This document shows, in pieces, positions 48,262 to 58,599 of a stretch of 64,000 bases of DNA; positions within the stretch are counted from its first letter, which is position 1, and the number at the start of each line of letters is the position of its first letter. The DNA is from Entomortierella parvispora E1425 (taxonomy: Eukaryota; Fungi; Mortierellomycota): contig BQFW01000008.1 in the NCBI GenBank assembly GCA_020891255.1, positions 2,356,001 to 2,420,000 of the forward strand, read 5' to 3'. The translations under genes and the position numbers were made by a program. Under the pieces are notes generated by a model. The model had not been told where the DNA came from. It saw only the letters and a list, made by a program, of their open reading frames with translations, and did not search any database.

Positions 48262-51192
48262 TCACACGAGATTAAAACTTGTCCAGGCATCAACACCTCG
48301 ACTCTCCAGCACTGAGACCAGGCGCTTTTGTTTTTTCTCGTCCGAATGTAATGTTCCCTCTACGATCTTGAGATCCCAGAAATGATCCACCATCCACTGA
48401 ACATCCTCTTCCTCGAGATCCAATGTCTTCAAGGAACTACGATGGCGATGATGATGGTGGTCACAGGTGGCGGTAGCGGTATCCTTTTCAAAAAAGTGGG
48501 GGGTCGCCTCTGGCATCATGGTCTCCAGCCCTTTGAACCGCAACACCCGCAGTTTCTTGAGTGGCGCCAACAAAGACAGGCCGGATCTCAGTCGAAGATC
48601 CAATCCTCCCAGCCCTGCCGGAGACATGATCCGATTCTCGGCAGAGTGATAGGTCGAAGAGAGAGAAGAATGAGAGCCCATTCCAGGGTACTTGAACAGT
48701 GCGGTGGCCGATAAAGGGGCTACCCTGGAAGTGTACTCGGTCGGGGGGGAGGAGGGAGGTGAAGGTAGAGAGGTAGTGATAGCGTGTTCAATCTCTGGAT
48801 GCATTGACACGGGCAGTGTGTTGTCAGCGGCGGCAGCAACTGAAGTCAAAGAGCAAATCCGCACCGGCAAGCTTGAATGTCTCTTGGTGCCAATGGATAG
48901 ATGCTTTAGTTGCTGCAATCTTGCCAGTTGCTCAAACACAGCTCTGTGCCTCGGGTCGGATTCAGGGCCCAACCCCGTTATATGGACATCAAGGTGCCGA
49001 ATCTTGTCGCACGACCACCAAAGCCGAGTGGTCGCCTTGTTGCGGGTGAACTCGCCGTTACTATCCCTTCTGTAGGCTCTGATTACAGGATCGTGTTTCT
49101 CGAATGAGGAATAGGCCCACAAAGGCGACCGCCCGTAATGTTGCTGAGAGAGCCGACGTTTAACTGTGGTTCGTGACATGGATGCTGACAAGGGAGAGTC
49201 CAGCAGAGGTGAGGATGGAGGAGAGACGAGGCCTGTCTTGCTCATACCGGGAAGAGCCATTTCGTCCAAGTCCATCGAAAACTGGGCCTCATCGCTCTCC
49301 ATGGTCATGGTACCCTTATCGTCGTCAAACTGAATCATGTCCTCTGCCCGAATCTCATATCCATCAAAAGACTCAAGCTTGGCACATCCGCGAAGGATAC
49401 ATTGTGTCATCACGCTCGTCACGGCTCGACAATGCCCCAAGTCCAGCTTGGTCATAGTCTTCCAGTGGTCTGGCCCCTTTTGTTGGGCAAGTCTTTCCCA
49501 CGATATCTGCGATGCAAACGATTCCGAAGACCAGTCGCCCTCATCTTCACTTCCACTACATCCAGCCTGTTTCCAAAACTCTGAGCTCAATGATCCCGAA
49601 GACAACGTCGATGAGGAGGAAGAGGACCGTCGCCTGCCACTGGCTTCAAGAAGCTGGTCCAGCAACGCTCTGTTTCGCCAGCCCTTCATCAGAACTTCAA
49701 GTGCCTGAGGTCCGAAATCGCTCCTCCTGACCACTAGGCACTTCAATCCACATTGCATTGACCCCAAGATTTTTGCAAACTCTCCATCGCTGAGTCTTGA
49801 TTCCGGGAGTGTCAACGAAGTCAATCTTGTCCAGCGCGGAGTTGTATTTGTCAGGGTCGAAGAGAAGTAAGAGCATTGTAATGTCTCACAAAACTCGTCC
49901 ACCGGAAACCCTAACCGTGGGACGCGCCAGTCTAGGGATTCGAGGTTTGGACATGCCTGAAGGATCCGAAATTGGGATTGTATTGAAAGAGATCGGATCC
50001 TGCTGAGTAAAACATGGCGCATGTGGGGAAACCAAAGGGTGGACGGCGTTGTCCTTGTCCTTGCAGAATCCCTTTCCTCGCTCTTTTTTGACTTCTTGGA
50101 CCGCGAGTTTGGGACTCGCAACTCAGCAATGTAACAGCTTTCAAGTTCCAAAGTTTCGAGCTGCTGGAACATTTGCAGAAAATGGTCCAGATGGTCCATT
50201 CGCTTGATTTCAAGACCCAACGAAGACTGAAATGATCTTAGCCCTCGGCAGGGTGGTAGCTTGGGTGGCGGAGGAAGACCTCGAGGCAAAGGCGAAGGGT
50301 CATGAGGGGTGATGGTTGCAGTGGTAGGAATGAATGCCAAGGTCCTCCAGAAGGCCCCACTCGGACCTCTTTGGCCGACAAATATCTCGACCCTGGAAAG
50401 GTTTCGGTTCGTCCTCAATAAGTTCACAATCGGGTTCTTACAGCCATCGGTTTGTGACGGCATCTCTGTTGGTGGCAAAGCCTGAGAGGGGCTGCTGTCT
50501 TCGTGTTGTTCTGCCTCCTCCTCATCACTCTCACTGTCTTCCTCGCTGTCATCATCACTCAGCATCTCATCATCGTCATCATCGTCCACGTCCTCCTCAA
50601 ACGCGTCCGGCCAGAGTACCAACGTCTCCAATCGATGACATTGGTCCAATAACTGTTCAAGGCCCTGGATTCTCAAATCCACAATTGTCAATGTCCGGAT
50701 ATGATGCCCGTTGCGTTCCAGCGCCTGTTGCAATATACCCAAGGCCAATGACATGGTTGTTTTCAATTCTTCAGGCACCTTCCTGTTCGCCTTTGCGTTC
50801 AAACGCATGTCGTTCTTGTCTCCATCAGCCTGGACAGGCTCGGGCGGCTGATTCTTGCCTGCTTGCCAAAGAAGCCATGAAGACCATCTCGAAGTATCGA
50901 CATGTTTCCAAAGGACCGGGGAGAAAACCTGGTGCCAGTCCTTGGAGACTCTCACGCTCACAACGGCCTCCTTCTGGCTCAGGAAGTACCCCACGTGGTT
51001 TAGGATTTCAGGCACGTTCAGCGCGCGGTGAGGTCGTTGTTTGGTTTCAGAAAGGTCCTGGTCCTGGTCCTGGTCCTGGTCCTGACTCTGGACCGACTGA
51101 GCGTTGGGAGACGCACCAGTGGTCGAAACAGTCAACGCGGTCAAAAGGGAAACGCGGGAAGAGAGCAAAGGGACGGCGGCGTTTATAGTCAT
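48262..51192 (-). CDS. F-box-like / RNI-type leucine-rich-repeat protein, 976 aa, single exon
   Basis: N-terminal ALNVPEILNHVGYFLSQKEAVVSVRVSKDWHQVFSPVLW F-box-like motif, LRR-like LETLEL/LESLDW/LTSLTL segments, and C-terminal QLARLQQLKHLSIG...LDLRLRSGLSLLAPLKKLRVLRF. Confidence 0.8.
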   Translation of the reverse strand: MTINAAVPLLSSRVSLLTALTVSTTGASPNAQSVQSQDQDQDQDQDLSETKQRPHRALNVPEILNHVGYFLSQKEAVVSVRVSKDWHQVFSPVLWKHVDTSRWSSWLLWQAGKNQPPEPVQADGDKNDMRLNAKANRKVPEELKTTMSLALGILQQALERNGHHIRTLTIVDLRIQGLEQLLDQCHRLETLVLWPDAFEEDVDDDDDDEMLSDDDSEEDSESDEEEAEQHEDSSPSQALPPTEMPSQTDGCKNPIVNLLRTNRNLSRVEIFVGQRGPSGAFWRTLAFIPTTATITPHDPSPLPRGLPPPPKLPPCRGLRSFQSSLGLEIKRMDHLDHFLQMFQQLETLELESCYIAELRVPNSRSKKSKKSEERDSARTRTTPSTLWFPHMRHVLLSRIRSLSIQSQFRILQACPNLESLDWRVPRLGFPVDEFCETLQCSYFSSTLTNTTPRWTRLTSLTLPESRLSDGEFAKILGSMQCGLKCLVVRRSDFGPQALEVLMKGWRNRALLDQLLEASGRRRSSSSSSTLSSGSLSSEFWKQAGCSGSEDEGDWSSESFASQISWERLAQQKGPDHWKTMTKLDLGHCRAVTSVMTQCILRGCAKLESFDGYEIRAEDMIQFDDDKGTMTMESDEAQFSMDLDEMALPGMSKTGLVSPPSSPLLDSPLSASMSRTTVKRRLSQQHYGRSPLWAYSSFEKHDPVIRAYRRDSNGEFTRNKATTRLWWSCDKIRHLDVHITGLGPESDPRHRAVFEQLARLQQLKHLSIGTKRHSSLPVRICSLTSVAAAADNTLPVSMHPEIEHAITTSLPSPPSSPPTEYTSRVAPLSATALFKYPGMGSHSSLSSTYHSAENRIMSPAGLGGLDLRLRSGLSLLAPLKKLRVLRFKGLETMMPEATPHFFEKDTATATCDHHHHRHRSSLKTLDLEEEDVQWMVDHFWDLKIVEGTLHSDEKKQKRLVSVLESRGVDAWTSFNLV
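51056..51084. repeat. (GGTCCT)n hexamer repeat encoding QDQDQDQD in the F-box protein
   Basis: Seen directly. Confidence 0.85.
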
Positions 51193-51639
51193 ATTTTCTA
51201 GCTTGGTGAAGGAATGGGGGGTTGAAATGAGGTTGGAACGTGGAGTGCAAGGCGAATGTACAAAGCACGACGGGTATATGAATGAACGAAGGAATGGGGG
51301 AATGGCAGAGGGAAAGAAGAAGTGGAGGGGAGGAGGGGCGAGCGTGGTGTGTAAGGGTATGTTATGTGTGTGTGTTTATGTGTGTGTGCGTGTGTGTGAA
51401 CGCGAAGAAGGGCTTTTTTCATTCCATGTCCCCCTCCCTCCAACGCGCACAAAGAAAGCCTGTCTTTTCTCTGGTAGCGTGCACCGATGTCCCACGGCAG
51501 GGCAATTGGCGATGGAGGTCATGGGGTGATTGCAGAGCAGAGCAGTTGGGTTCTTGTTGTGTTGACACTGGCGAGGAAAGGATGGTGTTGTGTGTGGGAG
51601 AACAAACGGAGGGCAATGTGGGGTTGGGACAATGAACGC

Positions 51640-51640
<1 letters not shown>

Positions 51641-51672
<32 letters not shown>
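51641..51672. repeat. 32-nt poly(T) tract; (TG)n microsatellite nearby at ~51365-51397
   Basis: Seen directly, upstream of the F-box gene. Confidence 0.85.
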
Positions 51673-51673
<1 letters not shown>

Positions 51674-53673
51674 GTTATTTCGGTTGCGCCTTGTCCTCTT
51701 CTTTGGTCGATGGGTTCATTCATGCGGGCGGGTGGATGGAGGAGTGGGAACACAAAGTTCCATTAGAACTGCACACGCGAACAGGTGGGGTCAAGAGAGA
51801 GAGGGGCGCGTGCGCACCTCCTTCTTCGGGTGGGCTGGTCTGCCTGGTCTTTGAGGCGGTGGAAGGTCGTGTGGGAAAAGTGGGAAAATGAACTAGCAGG
51901 AGGAGACCCATGCGGGCAGAGAACAAGAGCAAGAGGTCACTTCTCTAGGTTGAATGCTCCTTTCCCTTGCCACAAGAAAGAGGAAAAGGTGGACAGGAAG
52001 GTCAACAAGGAGTCAGGCAACCCAGGGTAGGAAGCAAACCCTGGCGATAATACGATAATAAATGGGCATGCAGGTGCTGAGACCATTGAGTGCTCTTCTG
52101 TCCTGGGTCCTGGGTTCGCTCGGGTGTCCTCTTCCAGGCAACATGAGGCACATGCAGTTCACATTCTAGCGGCCAAAGAGAAGGAACATTGAGAATGAAC
52201 AAAAAGATTCATTGTAGAGCGGATGGATGAAAGAATGTATGAAGAGAGGGAGGAATGGATGGAAATGTCTGGGCACATGACAAACAGTTGACTGACAGGG
52301 ACTGACAGACGGACGAACTGGCTGCACGTCCAAAGAAGACAGACAACCATGAGACATTCTCACTCACGGTCCGGTCGTGCCAGCAAAAGACAGGCGCGCC
52401 GCACAAGCAACATCGCACTCCTCGCGTGTCCACTCTAGACTCCAGCCTGCAGAGCAGCTAATATCCCTCTTTTATGACCAACCCTTCGTTGGTTAGATTC
52501 CCTCCCTTTCTTCCTCCCTTCACCGTCTTTGACGACCACCAAAAGTTATTGAGCCCAGTAAGCACCCAATATCCAAGAGGTGGTTTGAAGTATTGGTGAC
52601 GCGAACGTGGTACGCCCCTTCACCACCATCACCACCCAGTCCTTGATTCTCATGAAAGGAGGCTTTCACTTTCTTGCCACGCTGCTCATGATTCTGAACT
52701 GTGTTTTCATTAGACAAGGGCTTTGTTACAGATCCTGACCGTGGACTAAGAAGACTCTCTGTGTTCTTTCGCTTGTCAGCCACATAGGTTGGTGATATAT
52801 CTTCAGCCCCTCGCAGATATCATCAGAAAGTCCCAAGACTGAGAGACACAAAGAGGCACTGGCGTGGCCAATTAAGTCCAGGGAAGGTACGAACATTCTC
52901 CAACTGGATCTCAATTCTCGTCCGCAGTTTGGTGGTTCCGCGTTTCGCTCTTGATACTTCTTGCTGTCGATGATTATTTTCTAGAGAAACTCGGTAGACC
53001 TATTTGACGGGCTGGCACCCTCCGCACTCTGGATCGATGGCAGAGTACAAAGTACACGGGAGAAAATGTGCCATGTCCGATACTTTTTTTTTAAAGAAAC
53101 TCTTGATCCAAGAATCTTGGAAGGATCGTTAATTCCTTGGCCGGTAGATCTTGCTCTGTGCTTGTCCTTGTCAACAGACAGGCTCAAAGCTCCAGGTCTT
53201 GTGAGTATCGAGTACTGGATGCCCTTTTCACAGCCTCGACTTGATCTTGCTGTAGTAATTGAGGTCTTGATTGGTCAACATCACTGAGAACATCGAGAGA
53301 CAGGCACTAGATCAAGGGCATGAGAAAGAATCCACCAAAGGGGTACCTACAACGCGTCTCCACTGGTACACTGTGGGCAGGATAACAGGGAAAGTGGATG
53401 GAGGGACCAAGCATTGGAGGAAGAGCGTCTCTTGGACTGCGGGGACTCTACGTCTGCGGGCAACACGGTGAAATGAAACGAAAGCGCGGCCCGAGGCGAG
53501 CAGAGGGATCTTCTCCCTTTGTGGAGTGGACCGAGACCGCGCTTCCCTTTCTCGGTCCGTTGGCGTTCACTTTTTTTTCCTGTCTTTTTTTCTTTTGTTT
53601 CTTTCTTTCCTCAACTGGCCTCATTCATTCACCTCCATCCTTTCTCCTCTCAACACACAATCTTCATCCCACA

Positions 53674-55318
53674 ATGTCTTCCTCTGCTAACCAACGCGCC
53701 ACCGTCATCCTCAACCACCTCTCGGCTTCGGCCACGCATCCCTCTGGTCTCCTCTCCAACCAGGTTGCTATTGTCACTGGAGCTGGGTATGTAGCTACGT
53801 TATGTCAAAGAGAAGGAATAAGAGCAATGCATGAATGAAGGAAAGAGGGATGAACAAGGAAGATGAGGGAGAGTGGGATAATGAGATCTGCATGGACATG
53901 ACCTGCAGCATCGCATTCATCTCTGAGAAAGGAAGAGGAGCCTTGCTGCAACCGTGCGCCGGTCGGAGTGAGGATGAGACCCCACAAAACCCTGGCGTCC
54001 GTTGTGGAGAAGCGAGCGAGCGGACCAGATGCTCTTTTTCTTCTACTCTTTTCTGTATAGTTCCGTGTATCCCGCCGGCGGATCGAATGAATGACGGTCG
54101 CTCTGTGCACCATTGCCGAGCCGACGTCCAGAGAGAGGGCACCACTTTGCGTGCCTTTGGTCAAAGCCAATGAAAACCATGGATAAACCATAAAGATCCA
54201 TCCGGACCGATCGATCCCCGGAAACAGCTCTTCCCCTCTAACACTCTATCATGTCTTCTCTGTTGTCCATATAGCCAAGGTATCGGAGGAGCTACCGCTC
54301 TCCTCTTTGCCAAGGAGGGTGCCAGCGTCGTGGTCAGCGATCTTGATGACGGTAACTATTCTTTCTCCGGTATTGCTCTTTGTTTTCGCCACGGATGAAC
54401 GATTCCTAACGTCTACTCCGTAACATTCTAGTCAAGGGCAAGGCCATTGCTGAGCAGATCAACAAGGCTGGTGGAAAGGCCATTGCCGTCTCTGGCGATG
54501 TCACCGACCCTGCATTCCCTGATCGACTCATTAGCGAGACCATCAAGTGAGTGAGCCTCCAGCCGTCGCCGCCCAGTCTTAGTTCTTTCATTTCATTGTT
54601 AATTGATCTATCTAACAATTGGTTGCAAACCCCTCCTGTTCTATAGGGCCTTTGGCAAGATCAACATCATTATCAACAACGCAGGATACACGTTTGATGG
54701 CATGCTTCACAAGACCACCGACAAGCAGTTCCAGTTGATGTTGGATGTCCACAATATCGCTCCTTTCCGCATCCTCCGTGCTGCTGCTCCTCACATGCGT
54801 CTGAAAGATGGCGAGCCCCGATCCATTGTTAATGTAAGGAAGGGATAGTTGTGACGGAAGTTCATGAAGTGCTTGAATTTCTGCCAGTTCTGACATTACT
54901 CGCTTTCCTCTAATTATTGCAGGTGTCATCCACTTCTGGACTTCACGGAAATGTTGGACAGGCCAACTATGCCGCTGCCAAGGCCGGTGTTGTCGGATTC
55001 ACAAAGACTGTTGCCAAGGAATGGGGTGCCTTTGGCGTTCGCTGCAACACTGTCGCATTTGGATATGTCGATACCCGTCTGACTCGTGCAAAGGAGAATG
55101 GCGAGACCATGATTGTTGGTGGCCAAAAGATTGCCCTTGGAATCCCCATGGGTGCCAAGAAGGAGGCTCCTCCCCCAGCCGTTGTCTTCGCCGATACCCC
55201 TCTGAAGCGCGCTGGTCAGGTCGAGGAGGCCGCTGGCTCGGTCCTGTTGCTCTGCAGTCCTTTTGCATCCTACATCACTGGCCACACGCTCGAGGTTACT
55301 GGTGGAAAGGGAATCTAA
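53674..55318 (+). CDS. Classical short-chain dehydrogenase/reductase (3-oxoacyl-reductase-like); multi-exon
   Basis: VAIVTGAG^QGIG (TGxxxGIG), INNAG, SSTSGLHGNVGQANYAAAKAG (YxxxK) and ITGHTLEVTGG. First intron 53787-54274. Confidence 0.9.
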
Positions 55319-55708
55319 AGGACTCTGAGTTTCGAACCTTTTCTCCTTTACCTCCCGTTATAATCCCTTTGTGCTCAAAAAGTTCTTCACAGACTAAAAG
55401 TGTCAATAAAGGAAAAAAGAGCAACAACAAACAATGCCTCCTGGATGGATTTGGAAAGAGGCGCCTCAGGCAGAAGATCCCGTCATGTGGCCATCTCCCC
55501 AGCGCTCCCGACTAATCGACCTCTGATAAAGGAAAACAACAACAGTCGCCACTTCCCCTCTTTCGACTCCATGCCGAGTCATTCGATATGTCCAAGTTGA
55601 GAGATATTGAATATTTTTAATGCAGATGAGAAGATGCAAAATTTGCGGCTCGTAATCCTGAGGCCGTATATAGGTTGTCCTGTTTTTCCAGATTCCGTGA
55701 GAACACAT

Positions 55709-56591
55709 CTAACTGTTGAGTTTGGTCTTGTATCTATAGAATATGAAAGAAAATAATAGTTGTTAAAAAGAAAATCAGGAAAACTCACTCATTTGGTGAC
55801 ATGGTCGCTTCTTTGAAGAGGCAAGAATCCTCTGTCGCTGATCAGGACGTGATCACTTACGCGCACTTGGGACAGGTATAGAAGACTGTTTGACCTTCAT
55901 CAGCCGATCGCAATTGCATAGTGTGGTATTCCATCTCGGGGTTTCCACACTTTGGACAAGGCTCCTTGACCTAAAATAATGAGAGGTTGACGTGGAAGTT
56001 GAGTAGAGTGATCCCTCTTTTTTTTTGGACAGCAAACGCCTCGGACTGTATGAAGGATAGCAAAAAACAAAAAACAAGAACAATACCAAAGCTGCTGTGG
56101 CATCCTTGATTTCGCTCTGAACATCATCTCTCTTGTTTCTGAGTGCTGAAGGGAAAGCGCCGGGTTTACTCGTCGTCACAACCTCAAAGTTCTCAAAGTC
56201 TAAAAGTCACAAGGAGAGGGTTGGAGAAGATGGAAGCGGAGAAAAAGTTCTCGATCTGTTAGCATCTTTTCCCCTGTGTCGCAAAGAGAAAATAAGGGCC
56301 TTGTTTTTTCTCTTTTTTTTGTTGTTTACCGATGGACTGGTGAGTGTAGCTGCAGAGATTGCAGACAATGAGATCATCCTCTCCGGGGATATCGAGCAAG
56401 TTGCCGCACTCTGGGCAGAAAATAAGGGAGCCGACCTAAAAAGAGGGGTTTTTTGTTGTTGTTCCAGTCAGCACTTGGTGTGTAAATTCGATAGATCTCA
56501 GTAATGCAGGATGTGAAAGAGCTGGATGGCAATGGGAGGGGATGAGCAAGCATACAGTGTCGGGCTTCAATGAAGGTGTGCTCTTAGACAT
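55709..56591 (-). CDS. RPA12: RNA polymerase I subunit A12 (TFIIS-like zinc ribbon); five short exons, largely missed by the ORF track
   Basis: Spliced MSKSTPSLKPDT|VGSLIFCPECGNLLD...CNLC...|DFENFEVVTTS...|VKEPCPKCGNPEMEYHTMQLRSADEGQTVFYTCPKCA|YKTKLNS*. QLRSADEGQTVFYTC is the Rpa12 hallmark. Confidence 0.93.
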
Positions 56592-56852
56592 TATAGGCGA
56601 ACGTTGGATGGAATGAATGAGTGAATGGATGGTTGATGCATTCTGTTTTCTTCTTTCTTTTTTTTTGTGGCGCAGCCGTATAGATAGTAGGCAGTCACAT
56701 TATTTTTTTGGTGGCAAACAAGACGCGTCCTGTTCAAAAAAAAAAGGAAACATTCGGTTTACAGGTTTTTTTTGTCTACCACTCGGGAGAGAGCGGTTCG
56801 AAGAGTCGCTTTCTCTTCTTCTTGAAAAAAATGAGGGTTTATTCATGCAAAT

Positions 56853-58005
56853 GCTTGTGCTACCGCTTTTCTCCCTTGTGTGGTGCGGAGCTGAGCCTGC
56901 AGAAATGAGGGCGGGTGAAAGCAGCTTTGTTGACAAAAACATGTCGTGTTGTATCGACGGTTACAAGGAACATGAAAAACACAAAGAGCTATCAAAATAG
57001 TAATTTTCACCCTTGTGCCAATCAATAGCCACTTCCAACCAATCCTAGCCAGTGCAGATGAAGCGTTTATCCAGAAAACGGGTTAATTCCTTGTGAGGTG
57101 AAGATTGCCACATGAGAGAAGGAATATATTTCGGCAGAAGTGGAGGACCATGCCAACCGGTTCTTCATCATTTTAAGGTCATTGTTTTCACAATTTTGGA
57201 GGTATTCAATGGAAACAGCCATATTTTATTCAGCCAATGTGCTAACGCTTGTGCCAGCTAAAAAAAATTGTACAAGTTCATCTTGAGGTCTCGGCCGCAA
57301 GCCGTACTTTTTCAATGAATCAGGCATCAAACGCGGTCGGTCATCTTTCTATACCTAGAGATCAGCGTACACTTGACTCCAGCCTGCTAGAAGCCACGGC
57401 TGTTATAAACAGGCACTGTCGTCGAACAAGCAACCTTCAGTTGTAAAGAGTTATCGCTCACAAAAGACGAGGGGTTTGATCATTCTCGTCAAAAACCTGA
57501 TCGTGTACTGTCTCCGTGGATTGTCCTGAAAGTGGTAGTCGCATACGAAGATTACCCTGCTGCAGGAAGAAGACCTTTGAGAGGATTATGTATGATCCGC
57601 GTATTCATCCCCACGCGCTTCCTTGGCTTCTCCAAACCATGATTTGTGAAGCGTACACACGCCTTTTCTTGTGATCGCTGAGCAGAGTTCAGGAAGGAAA
57701 AAGCTTGTGCTACCACATCTCTGATTCGAAGTGGCAATTTCATCCAAGTAAAGGAGAACACAAAGGCGTAAAAAAACCAGTGTACACTCGAGAGCCTCCA
57801 CAAACAAGGGTTGTTGGTTGTTCCTCTCAAGGTGCAGGCGCTTATGAACGACCTCTTCCAGTTACTCAAACCAACGAAGGCACGATGTTTATTCAGAAAG
57901 CGGCTGAATTCCTTGTAAGGGCAAGGCCAGCCTCAAATAAGAGAAGGACTGTGCCCCCCTGGACAGGATGACCATAAAAGGACCATCGGTTCTAACCCAT
58001 TTTCA
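56853..58005 (+). repeat. Degenerate direct duplication (~820-850 bp offset) of the ML-gene upstream region
   Basis: 57066-57098 vs 57888-57920 match at 28/33 nt; gcttgtgctacc occurs at 56853 and 57703; ggaccat..cggttct..catttt occurs near 57145 and 57980. Confidence 0.55.
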
Positions 58006-58053
58006 ACTCTTTCTTAACAAAAACCTCTCCTTGTCACCTCCACCGTCATCTCA

Positions 58054-58599
58054 ATGAAGTCGATTCTTTTTTTCAGTGCTCTGGGTCTTACCATTGCAGC
58101 TCTCGCGTCGGCCCAAATGCCTCCTCCGAGTGCCTTTAATAACTTCACCAACTGCGCCACAGGTGCTACGGACATGGATGTGACGAATCTCGTTCTTGAG
58201 CCCTACCCGGTCTGCGCGGGCAAACAGGTCTGTATCGTAGCAAACGGTACTCTCAACGAACCTATTATCGCGGGAGGCAATGTGTTGGTCATTGGTCGAT
58301 ATCTCAATAAAATAGTCTATACGCACTCGGGCGACTTGACGGACGGTCTTGTTGCTCAAGGCTATCCAACTCCAGTTCCTACTACAATCAAGTCCATTAA
58401 ATACTGCTATGCCATGATTCCCGGTGGCATGATTGGGGTAGGTCAAAAAAAAAAGCTATGATTACAGCAAATTCAAACGCTAACAGAAGGGGATTCTTTA
58501 TTAAAACAGGTGCCGATGACTTGGACCATTTTGATGAATAACGGAAACGGACATGTTCTGCTTTCTCAACGCTCCCTGGTCGTTGTCCAAGACTGTTAA
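58054..58599 (+). CDS. Secreted ML (MD-2-related lipid-recognition, NPC2-like) domain protein; 2 exons
   Basis: Signal peptide MKSILFFSALGLTIAALASA, then FTNCATG...LEPYPVCAGKQVCIVANGTLNEPIIAG. Intron 58438-58509; second exon VPMTWTILMNNGNGHVLLSQRSLVVVQDC*. Confidence 0.75.

Noticed and set aside
53787-54274. Intron-encoded snoRNA in the long SDR intron
   Set aside because: No convincing C box (RUGAUGA) and D box (CUGA) pair with a terminal stem, and no H/ACA layout.
23578-58599. Secondary-metabolite gene cluster (monooxygenases + SDR + ML protein)
   Set aside because: There is no PKS, NRPS, terpene or other backbone gene, and the oxidases are interleaved with core housekeeping genes.
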